The notes beneath the pieces were generated by a model that was given only the letters and a program-made list of their open reading frames with translations, made no database searches and was not told the origin of the DNA. DNA of 64,000 bases from a virus: IMG/VR virus record IMGVR_UViG_3300038429_000225, positions 28,428 to 92,427 of that record; one strand, given 5' to 3'. Shown in pieces: positions 56,801 through 64,000 of this stretch (the first letter of the stretch is position 1; each line of letters starts with the position of its first letter). The position numbers were made by a program, and so were the translations under genes.

Positions 56801-57527
56801 ATGGAGCCAAAGCAGATGCAATCGTAGGCGCCGCAGGCGCGGTCGTCACGCCATCCAAAGTCACATTGATCGTTGGGCAAGAACTAAAATCGTTATCGAC
56901 GCCATTCACAGAATAGGACTGAACCGTTAGAGTCACGATTGATCCGTCGATTGGCAACTGACAAATCACCGGAGAAGTAATACCAGTTCCAAGACCTCTA
57001 GGTTCGTCTCCAGGATAAGTCACCCAAATACTTACTCCCGCAAACACGTCTATAGTAGGATCACCTGTAAGAGCCGGAGGAGTAAATGATATTTCAAGAG
57101 CTTGCCGAAGCACGCCCGTACTGTCCTTGAAGACAGACTTTGAAACAGCGAGTCCCGTAACAGACCCTGGCTGTGCGCCCGCGGCTGCGATAGCCGCAGT
57201 ATTTGCCTGCACTTGTTTGTGGACAGGACCAAGCTGCTTCGAAGTAACAGAAGATGATGCCGCATTCGTTGCCGGATTTGCTTTAGTAGGAAGAGGAGGA
57301 AAACGACTTTGAGACACACCGCTGGGACGAACGAACTGACGGATGCTATCATACGGCGTTGTGAAAGAAGATGGCGCAGGGCCCATTGAACCAACAGCAA
57401 GACCACCCTCTCCGCGAGGATTTGGAACATAGGGAACCGGGGACGGCGCACCCGCCACTATGGGCGCAACTTCTATCTGCTCACCAACGTTCGCGGGTTT
57501 CTTTGTCGCGTCCTTAAGACTTGGCAT
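53805..57527 (-). CDS. Tail fiber/host-attachment protein: Fn3-like + 9 CBM5/12-like repeats + CBM4_9-like domain
   Basis: Fn3-like SYRVYRN...YYYWVS; nine ~49-aa Y..GN.VTY.G..Y.C..STGN.P...YW repeats; IQNGNFES...GTQSLKIT. Confidence 0.8.
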   Translation of the reverse strand: MPSLKDATKKPANVGEQIEVAPIVAGAPSPVPYVPNPRGEGGLAVGSMGPAPSSFTTPYDSIRQFVRPSGVSQSRFPPLPTKANPATNAASSSVTSKQLGPVHKQVQANTAAIAAAGAQPGSVTGLAVSKSVFKDSTGVLRQALEISFTPPALTGDPTIDVFAGVSIWVTYPGDEPRGLGTGITSPVICQLPIDGSIVTLTVQSYSVNGVDNDFSSCPTINVTLDGVTTAPAAPTIASALAPCNSGLTFSWNIVSDPLHDVIDSYRVYRNTVNNSATATLIATIPQPATGTGTNVFTDVVAAGLVYYYWVSCENLQQLESTLRAAQSGAVQSGTIAYQGAYSGSITYFPGSSVTYSGQFYTCILQSTGNLPTNATYWQSTGSSSNDVFLGGWSSITPYVPGNQVTYSGGYYICTLASTNDQPDISPTYWQIVGSVSTYLYTGNYNNGTSYVPGNQVTYQGSYWICVSNTTGNAPSTTSSYWVLVGTSAILLGVYNGATAYVQGNEVTYLGNVYQCILASTGNLPTNVTYWQLTGTSSVLLGVYAGGTAYVAGNEVTYLGGTYKCILASTGNLPTNQTYWTLIGTNSQFLGAYNAGTAYVAGNQVTYQNNFYVCVLASTGNAPTNATYWQLVNINNSAFIGAYNGATAYVAGNQVTYNGNYYTCILSSTGNVPTNGTYWQQIATSEIYLGAYNGATAYVAGNQVSYEGSFWICILASTGNAPSIASSYWTLLGTSTILIGAYAGGTAYLQGMEVTYNGNIFQALQATTGNTPPTPPATSAYWQLVGPATLDNLADGSVYGKRTFNVGDSVIQNGNFESSATILPPPGYSTYSNHTATYAYDTSTQYAGTQSLKITASATVGSYGGVVPLGQVYCEPGDTFYASAYAKVNSGGGHAYVQVSFRDATGTAVGQQVEGTTSSSWTFISNTYTAPAGTVYATFELYGDTASGVVEFDNHNVTFVSELGTDTKDGPANFSATASTLTYRPLTNPLTATDAGSSATVSIAAFTMRTSSKGDINENSGSVVALSYSTLYYIYFDDATLAGGAVTYAATTSKTTAINGAGRFFVGSIVTPAAGGPDTVGNNDGGVGAQSGATSIFLFGAAVNNSVAGATVNNPNNAIDGDLTTYAEVIGSTTSAATFTFTLSAASPTSAPWTSLTLYIRSSVNTSSGDNVVTLGYGTAGVVVTTVYSLTGTTRALTTDSFAIPVNTNLSLVRVQITIHRTTASSAAHACLYEAWVEGII

Positions 57528-57720
57528 TTACTTTTCCTGATTCGGAGGATTGTTTACATACTCGATTGCATTTCTAAGATTGGTTTCGTTGTCGTGAAAC
57601 GAACCCAACCCCCAATTGCAGTTGGCACACAAGATACCACGAACACACTCGTCCTCCTTTTGGTTGAACGTATGTGTTTTCTTCTGTGTACTCGTGGCCT
57701 CTAGGGCAATGAGTTTTCAT
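57528..57720 (-). pseudogene. Deleted and frameshifted EndoVII/HNH endonuclease
   Basis: MKTHCPRGHEYTEENTY...GRVC, then in another frame VRGILCANCNWGLGSF.DN...L.NAIEY. Confidence 0.7.
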
Positions 57721-57722
57721 AC

Positions 57723-60700
57723 CTAGCGCTCCTGGTAAAGGGCTCCGAAAATGCTGAATGCCTGAAGCTCGTTCTGAACAGTGTCGTTCCCGAAATCCAC
57801 CTTGATCTGCAGGAACTTACACCACGCCGGAACAGGTTCGTTGTTTGGGTTTCCTGGAGATGTTTGGCCAAAATAATACCTGTTCATCCACAGGGTTTTC
57901 GGTGTTGCCAACGGCCCATACATTTCAGGAGGATCGGAAATGAATTCGTTTGAGATGGCTTCGAATGTTGCTCCGTTTGTAGCAGACATCTCGTCGAGCA
58001 AAACCAACACGGTGGGCTGAGTCCCAACTTGTGTGAAGTCGCATTCTATGAACGCGAGTTCAGCCATTTGCCCCGGGTGGGCTAATACAATGTTACCCAT
58101 CGCGAGCCAAGAATCATACGAGCTTCCGTTATCTTCGAAAACGGTGAAGTTAGAATCGCGCGCAAGAATGTATCCGGCCGCAGACGGGCCGATCAAAAGT
58201 TGTTTTACGCCCGGTGATGTTTCGATCGACATAACAGCTTTGAAACCGGCCGCCACGACTGCTTTTGGACTCCAGATGGGTCCGGTTAACTGGCTGTCAG
58301 GCGTTGGGTTTGGATCGCAGCGATACCATTCACTGATGCCGTCAGCAATAAATAAAGCATGCTCCTGGTCCCCAAAGCTTTGATACGTCACGTAAGTAGA
58401 CGCAGGATCGTAGGCAACAAGTTTGTTTCCGATCGGATGGCCGATTCGAGTAAACCCGCCACTAGGATCAATCGTTATGAATTGACGGTCGGATGAGAAA
58501 AGATAAGGAAGCCCGAGCATCATTGTTACCGCGTTCCAGAATAGCAGCCCAACTCCGGGAGCCAGCAATTGAGAGTAGAAGTCTGCTATCGCAGGGCCAC
58601 CGCCAATCAAAAAGACATCGGTGGTCGTGAAGACGAGCAAACACGACGCTGTGGGCATTAGCCGTAAGACTTTGCTATCAAAAGGAAATGCGTTGATTGC
58701 CGGCCAAGCTACGAATCCGTTTGCGTTGCTGGTGTCCGGACCTCCGGAAGCAAATACCGTGTTGCCAATGAAACCCCACAGTCGACCGAGATAATAGACC
58801 AAACCAATCATTCCGGTTCCAGCAGCCGCAGTTGTTGAGCCACTAGATGCGGGCGTAAACTCTGAAGAGCCAAAAGATCCCGGAGGCGGAGAATTTTCTT
58901 GATCAACCGCAGCCGTCTCAAGAGGGTCCAGACCTGGTAGTAAATTTGTTGGTAGATCTGGCATGAAGTCGATAATCGAAATAGTACCAGGAAGCGCACC
59001 CTGCATAGGCGGCATGTTAAGTGCAGTCAAGAACAAATACGGGCCGGAAGCCCCAAAGCCATCCGCAGATCGAAACACCAAAATAGTATCGAACTGAGGA
59101 TCGGTAGATCCAACCATCGTGATTCTAACTTGTTCCGCACCCACGCTAGGGCCTATGATTTGAGTTAACGGAGACGCGTTTGTAACAGTTCCGCTTTGGT
59201 TTCCGAACGGAGGGCCGAGAGGGCCGGTGATGTTCGGAGAATTTGTGTTTGGCATCTGTAACGGAGGAGAGTTCGTGTTCCAATAATCTGACGCTGCGCG
59301 CGCAGCATAAGCATAAACGTAGCCGTATCCGTTTGTCCAAGTAAACCCTGCTGCCGTGAATACAGACGCCGCAAACCACGTAACAGTGTTATCTGTGGTG
59401 GTAGATCCAATAGCCTGCCAGGTTGGATGCGGAGCAGTTTTGCTTTTACCAGAATTGATGACATACTGGTTGACTCCATTGGTGTCGACCAGCGTAGCCC
59501 CGCCGTATGCTTGTGATTGCTGTGGCGGAACAAATCCGCCATCTGGATAATACCACTGTGTGGCCGGAGCCCACGAAAGTGAAGTTCCTACGCAGGTCCA
59601 CGTGACGCCGATAAATGCCGCTGTTCCGGGGTTGGTTCCATCTTGTGTCTGCTGCCCGTATCCTGTCTCAAACGTTGGTGGCGCAGCGCCACTGGGACCC
59701 GTTGCAGATATACAAACATGAAGATTTCCGCCATCAAGAACAACCGAAAAATTAGTTGAACCAAAACCCCAAGCAAGATAGTTGTGGTGAGCAGCCCACG
59801 TCGAAGAGCCCAAACAATTCCACACTAAATCGCCGTCCAAAGTTGGGTTGCCTGCACTCGTATCCCAGCTGGGTATATAACCAGCAGAATTTCCAGACGT
59901 TCCACCAGAGGAAACCCACAAATAAACCGGTGTTGCATTTGGAGACCCGAGGCCGGCCGCTTGAATAGTTGTAGGTTCAACGACGCAGTGTGTCGCCCAC
60001 GAACTACCGGCCGCGTTTCGCGCAGGATAGGCGTGACTTTGAAGCCATACACCAGGAACTTCAGTACCAGGTTGACCGAGACAATACCACTTTATGCTTC
60101 CGTCATTAAAAATAGATCCATTGACGCCATTGAATTGCGGTTTCGTTCCGCCGCTGACTCCAGAAGCAAAGCCAGGATTGTCTACGAAATAAATTGAGTT
60201 AGAAGCAGGATCATAAACTACCGATGGGGCAATATCCGTTCCACCGATCGTGTAGTTTGTATACGCGTGATTTGGAAGCCACGTAGAAATCGGACCCCAG
60301 TTTGTCCAGGTAATAGGGGTGCCGGTGGATTCCGTGACCGACGTTCCCGAACCGCCGCTGAAATCCGGAGCCCCGTTTCCGCTTGTTCCAAGATTGGTAG
60401 AATTGGTGCCAGAAGCATTCACAGAAACAAGCTGTTGAACGTTTCCATTAGCGTCAACAATCAATCCCATGGTGGTCCACATCGTGCTGGCAGCCCAAGA
60501 AACGCCCGCAGAGCCTGTCGGAGTAAGCGCCAAGACAGGAGCTACCGTTGGTCCCACCCCACCCATGTTCCATACAGGCGTGCTAGTTTGAGGGTTCGTG
60601 ATGCCTGGGGTGTATGTTACGAAATCAACGCCGTCAGAAATATACAAAGTCTGACCGATACCCTGAAAATAGCCTTCACCGGCACCGGCAGATTTCGTAA

Positions 60701-61073
60701 AGATTGATGTAATCGTGGTGGGTGTCACTACTTCTACGTCAGTCAAACTGTCGGCAATTACTTGAATCGTTCCGTCGGAATGATGGAAAGAATAAAAATT
60801 GTCGATCGCAGCCGCGGTCTGCTGTGTACAGAATTTGGGATTTCCAGGTCGACGAATGGCGGTTTGACGGATTGAGATTTCAGAATTCAATCCATCGCAC
60901 AAAGCATCCGTGGCACCGAGATGATAGAAATCCGAATAGATCGCCTGAAGAGGGCCGCGCAGTAGACTTCGATTAGTGTACAAGCCTGAAATAAAACGAG
61001 ACGTGAAAAGACTTACGAATCTCGTTTGTTTCTGCTTCTGGCCGCCTTGGGCTTCTATTAGATTTTGAGCCAT
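57723..61073 (-). CDS. Virion structural protein (tail nozzle/stabilisation protein-like) with inserted Trp-rich repeats
   Basis: 1116 aa beta-rich; YLGRLWGF propeller-like segment; repeated DG..W.CLG units; adjacent to the adaptor gene. Confidence 0.62.
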   Translation of the reverse strand: MAQNLIEAQGGQKQKQTRFVSLFTSRFISGLYTNRSLLRGPLQAIYSDFYHLGATDALCDGLNSEISIRQTAIRRPGNPKFCTQQTAAAIDNFYSFHHSDGTIQVIADSLTDVEVVTPTTITSIFTKSAGAGEGYFQGIGQTLYISDGVDFVTYTPGITNPQTSTPVWNMGGVGPTVAPVLALTPTGSAGVSWAASTMWTTMGLIVDANGNVQQLVSVNASGTNSTNLGTSGNGAPDFSGGSGTSVTESTGTPITWTNWGPISTWLPNHAYTNYTIGGTDIAPSVVYDPASNSIYFVDNPGFASGVSGGTKPQFNGVNGSIFNDGSIKWYCLGQPGTEVPGVWLQSHAYPARNAAGSSWATHCVVEPTTIQAAGLGSPNATPVYLWVSSGGTSGNSAGYIPSWDTSAGNPTLDGDLVWNCLGSSTWAAHHNYLAWGFGSTNFSVVLDGGNLHVCISATGPSGAAPPTFETGYGQQTQDGTNPGTAAFIGVTWTCVGTSLSWAPATQWYYPDGGFVPPQQSQAYGGATLVDTNGVNQYVINSGKSKTAPHPTWQAIGSTTTDNTVTWFAASVFTAAGFTWTNGYGYVYAYAARAASDYWNTNSPPLQMPNTNSPNITGPLGPPFGNQSGTVTNASPLTQIIGPSVGAEQVRITMVGSTDPQFDTILVFRSADGFGASGPYLFLTALNMPPMQGALPGTISIIDFMPDLPTNLLPGLDPLETAAVDQENSPPPGSFGSSEFTPASSGSTTAAAGTGMIGLVYYLGRLWGFIGNTVFASGGPDTSNANGFVAWPAINAFPFDSKVLRLMPTASCLLVFTTTDVFLIGGGPAIADFYSQLLAPGVGLLFWNAVTMMLGLPYLFSSDRQFITIDPSGGFTRIGHPIGNKLVAYDPASTYVTYQSFGDQEHALFIADGISEWYRCDPNPTPDSQLTGPIWSPKAVVAAGFKAVMSIETSPGVKQLLIGPSAAGYILARDSNFTVFEDNGSSYDSWLAMGNIVLAHPGQMAELAFIECDFTQVGTQPTVLVLLDEMSATNGATFEAISNEFISDPPEMYGPLATPKTLWMNRYYFGQTSPGNPNNEPVPAWCKFLQIKVDFGNDTVQNELQAFSIFGALYQER

Positions 61074-62018
61074 TTACATACCCCTTGCCTGCGCCCCTTG
61101 GGCGACTGAAGTATGCTTTGATTCTTCTTCTTGTATGATATCCAGCCAGTTCCCAAGGAACAGGTTGCGATCAGTTTCCGACAGACCGGATTGCCGGCCC
61201 AGCAAAGACGCGACCGCGAGTTGGCGGTAACGAGCCGCGCGCGGATCATCAAAATAATCCAACACGAAGAACAGGAAGAAGTAGTTGTAAATGTATTGTA
61301 GTTGGTCGGGGATTCCCCACACAGCATTCAAATTGCTGGGCGAAAACGCACCGGGAGATTTCTGGTAGGTAAGATTGACGCGATAGATTTGATCAGGCAC
61401 AGGCATCAGCCGGAAGGTAAACGTTGTGCCGCTCAAGTCGCACTCTTGGGTAGAGATGAACGTCGGACGATCGGTCGCGCGCTCTTCATTTAGGGCTTCC
61501 CAATGCAATGTCAGTCCCATCGCCAATCCAGCAACTGCGATCGCGCCAAATTCAATTTCGGCGACGTCAGGGGTTACGATGTTGACTGTGAAGTCTGTTG
61601 CGCTTGCAGAAACTATATCAAACATTCCATTCAGCGAAGAGGTAGTGCATCCGGAAATCGAAACACTTTGACCATGACCACCATTCGGAAGAGTACTGAA
61701 TCCATTCACCGCGTAGAACGTAGCTGTATGACTTATAACTTGTGCAGCCGTAATGACTCCGCAGAGCTCGATCGACGCCGCCTCCAGGTAACCGAAATCA
61801 GCTATGGAAGTGTTGTAGTCTTGCTGACCAATTGCCGTGATGAAACTAGTATTACTTCTGTTCCACGGCCAAATGAACGGAGGCCCTACGATCGTCTGTA
61901 GAGTCTGATTCGCGCTCGTAATCGCGGGCTCGCTGTTGATTCCGATCGTAACAGAGGCCCAGTTGATGAACGGCTTGACCCAATTGATGCTGTCGTTAAG
62001 TGAACGTGTCGCTGCCAT
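61074..62018 (-). CDS. Head-tail adaptor (tail tubular protein A-like)
   Basis: AN.....PF.WPWN, GQQDY, RP, FRL.PVPDQ.Y...Y. Confidence 0.62.
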   Translation of the reverse strand: MAATRSLNDSINWVKPFINWASVTIGINSEPAITSANQTLQTIVGPPFIWPWNRSNTSFITAIGQQDYNTSIADFGYLEAASIELCGVITAAQVISHTATFYAVNGFSTLPNGGHGQSVSISGCTTSSLNGMFDIVSASATDFTVNIVTPDVAEIEFGAIAVAGLAMGLTLHWEALNEERATDRPTFISTQECDLSGTTFTFRLMPVPDQIYRVNLTYQKSPGAFSPSNLNAVWGIPDQLQYIYNYFFLFFVLDYFDDPRAARYRQLAVASLLGRQSGLSETDRNLFLGNWLDIIQEEESKHTSVAQGAQARGM

Positions 62019-62026
62019 AGTGCCTC

Positions 62027-62659
62027 TTATGAACTCGGATGCTGCTTCGTGTCGAACGAAGAGTCGTCAGTGCCCGGACGGAAAATTGGCCGGTGCTCGA
62101 TCTCCCCATTCTCCATATAAACTTCTACGACGCCACCGGGTTTCACGGCAACGTCCTTGTGCCCTTCGCCCTCGAGAAGGTGATTGAGGGCGTGAATCAA
62201 ACTGGAGTGCGTCACGAGAACGCATGGCGTCCCCTGCTCCCACCCTAACTGAATACCTTCGGCCATCAGTGGCCAAACGCGGTGTTCGAAATCGTGCCGG
62301 CTCTCACCGTCTTCCGGCGTCTCTTCTGGATTCTCAACGTAATAATCCATCTTCTTCTTGTTCTCGGCGTTCTTCGGAAGGCCCGTTAAGAAGCCAATAT
62401 TCCAGGGCTCAAGCCCATCAGTCGTTTCCGGCTGATAGTCTTCCTGGTCGTCGCAAATGATTGTAGCAGTCTGAATCGCGCGAGTGAGCGTCGAACAGAA
62501 AATACGATGCCACTCCTTCTTACTGAAAAACTCGCGGAGTGTATGGGCGTCTCGGAAGCCGTCCTTGTCCAGGGCGGAATCCCGTTGACCCCTAAAAATT
62601 TTGAATTTGCTATCAACGGTACTGCCGTGCCGAGCCAAAAACAAAAGTGGTTTACGCAT
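62027..62659 (-). CDS. Histidine phosphatase (PGM family)
   Basis: ARHGST, STLTRAIQTA, PEDGES, VTHSS. Confidence 0.88.
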   Translation of the reverse strand: MRKPLLFLARHGSTVDSKFKIFRGQRDSALDKDGFRDAHTLREFFSKKEWHRIFCSTLTRAIQTATIICDDQEDYQPETTDGLEPWNIGFLTGLPKNAENKKKMDYYVENPEETPEDGESRHDFEHRVWPLMAEGIQLGWEQGTPCVLVTHSSLIHALNHLLEGEGHKDVAVKPGGVVEVYMENGEIEHRPIFRPGTDDSSFDTKQHPSS

Positions 62660-62733
62660 ATTAACCCCACAAATTCTCCTGTTTATTACTCAATTAGTAG
62701 CCGCCCGTAAAATCACAACCGCGGTCGTCGTCA

Positions 62734-64000
62734 TTAGTGACCTCGACGTCTTGGAATATCTTCTAAACTCGATTGATCGGCCATCAACCATGCCGCGCCG
62801 CCCCCGCCAGACGGTATATTGATTACGTAAGCGGCTAAACCAACCGCACTATTAACGTAACCAGCCTTCTCCGCAATGGCGTAGATAGTCTCAGATGCAG
62901 AAACCGTGATAGGCCCGGTATAAAGAGTATCGCTAGACGTGGGCGACCCCGTGGTGTTCCAGTAGATGCTCGCGCCTGCTGTCGTTGAACTGATTGTAAC
63001 TGTCTGCGCTGAGGTGTACGTTCCAGCGACTGGCGAGAACGTCGGCGTGGCAACCGCGCCGTTGATTGTGTACGCAGCATCAGCTTCCGTGCTGTTCGCA
63101 TAACTCGTTGCAGATGCAACGGCCTTTATCGTTAGTGAAGAAGACACAACAACAGGCGTTGAATATACCGTGCCATGAGAGCCGGGAACAGGCGTTGTGC
63201 CGTCCACAGTATACGTAATGGCGAATCCGCTTAATCCCGAATCCGTGCTTGAGATTGTTACGTTCTGCGTTGGCCCATAAGAACCAGCAACAGGGCTGAA
63301 AGTTGGTGTGGCAACTAGAGTCTGGGTCGCCCCAAAATCCACGCCCGTGATGTCCGCTCCGCTGACCGTTTCGCTCGCGCTGGTTGGGGAGAAAGTATAA
63401 CCAGTTTTGGATGGGGTGATCGTGTAGTTGCTGTTTGCAAGCCCGGGAATAGAATAGTTTCCACTTCCGTCCGCTGTCACTGTACCGCCTGCGCTACCTT
63501 CAAGAATCAAGTTATCGGCAGATTCAAGCAGGACGTTACCGCTTCCATCTTCTAGCTCGACCATCCCGACAGCATAAGTAATTGTCGTTCCGCCAACGCC
63601 TGCGTTTCCAGAGATAGAATAAATCGCAGTAGCAGTAAAATTAGAGAAATTGTAGTTACCACTAATTGTGGCAGTTTTACTTGTGGGAGAGAAAATATAA
63701 CCTACAAGTGAGGGAGTTACGGTATATGTACCTGCAATCAACCCCGAAATTGAGTAATTACCGCTGCCATCTGCTGTCACGGAACCGGAAGCCGTTCCAG
63801 AATAAAAAACTGAGGCCCCTGCAACGCCCGCGTGGCCAGTGACCGTATAGACAGGAGTGGCGGTAAAATTAACACCCGTGATGTCGGAAGTGGTGATAGT
63901 CTCGTTCGTTGATGTCGGCGAAAAGGCGTAGCCCGTAAGTGTGGGCGTGATGGTGTAGGAACCCGGCGATAGATTGCCTATCGTATAGTTCCCGCTTCCG
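62734..64000 (-). CDS. Virion protein with repeated Ig-like domains (5' part beyond the window)
   Basis: Repeats of TADGSGNYSI...YTITP..GY.FSPTS and VATPTFSPVAG...Y (Fn3-associated/CHB_HEX_C-like). The frame stays open to base 64000. Confidence 0.75.
   Translation of the reverse strand, partial: GSGNYTIGNLSPGSYTITPTLTGYAFSPTSTNETITTSDITGVNFTATPVYTVTGHAGVAGASVFYSGTASGSVTADGSGNYSISGLIAGTYTVTPSLVGYIFSPTSKTATISGNYNFSNFTATAIYSISGNAGVGGTTITYAVGMVELEDGSGNVLLESADNLILEGSAGGTVTADGSGNYSIPGLANSNYTITPSKTGYTFSPTSASETVSGADITGVDFGATQTLVATPTFSPVAGSYGPTQNVTISSTDSGLSGFAITYTVDGTTPVPGSHGTVYSTPVVVSSSLTIKAVASATSYANSTEADAAYTINGAVATPTFSPVAGTYTSAQTVTISSTTAGASIYWNTTGSPTSSDTLYTGPITVSASETIYAIAEKAGYVNSAVGLAAYVINIPSGGGGAAWLMADQSSLEDIPRRRGH

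Larger units (their letters stand above)
1..64000. mobile_element. Segment of a large tailed bacteriophage genome (podovirus-like)
   Basis: Densely packed co-directional genes for replication, early functions, lysis and virion parts. No host housekeeping genes. Shine-Dalgarno sites and sigma70 promoters indicate a bacterial host. Confidence 0.93.

Noticed and set aside
62734-64000. Assigning a host (for example Acidobacteriota) from the Ig-like repeat style
   Set aside because: Suggestive only; it cannot be supported without database searches.

Overview
The window is a 64-kb piece of a large tailed-phage genome, probably podovirus-like given its ejection-protein, nozzle and adaptor-type genes. 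No host housekeeping genes were seen. It has four parts. (i) 1-18.5 kb, minus strand: replication and nucleotide genes (PrimPol-PriCT-helicase, SSB-like, two exonucleases, dNMP kinase, NDT-like, EndoVII, ClpP-like) and an 8-kb glycan-building cluster (7 glycosyltransferases, UDP-galactopyranose mutase, 2 methyltransferases, SemiSWEET-like protein). (ii) 18.5-21.4 kb: a mostly non-coding divergence zone with iteron-like repeats, a (CT)n tract, and IHF-like and CRP-like sites (origin or genome terminus). (iii) 21.4-42.2 kb, plus strand: an early region with many sigma70 promoters and RNase III-like hairpins, an IS200/IS605-type tnpB element, GP88, ParB-like, tRNA-His, Rap1a-like, SLT, SNF2 helicase, RNA ligase, tyrosine recombinase and a kinase-like gene. 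(iv) 42.2-64 kb, minus strand: lysis and virion genes. Three observations stand out. First, an intact HNH endonuclease gene is nested in the +1 frame inside the SNF2 helicase while the helicase frame stays open across about 158 codons, with no intein or intron features. Second, the tnpB element lacks the usual RuvC-II Glu and has two right ends with two different guides, one apparently taken from a foreign allele of the neighbouring gene. Third, the phage encodes a glycosylation pathway that uses galactofuranose. All product calls come from motif recognition by eye; no database searches were run.
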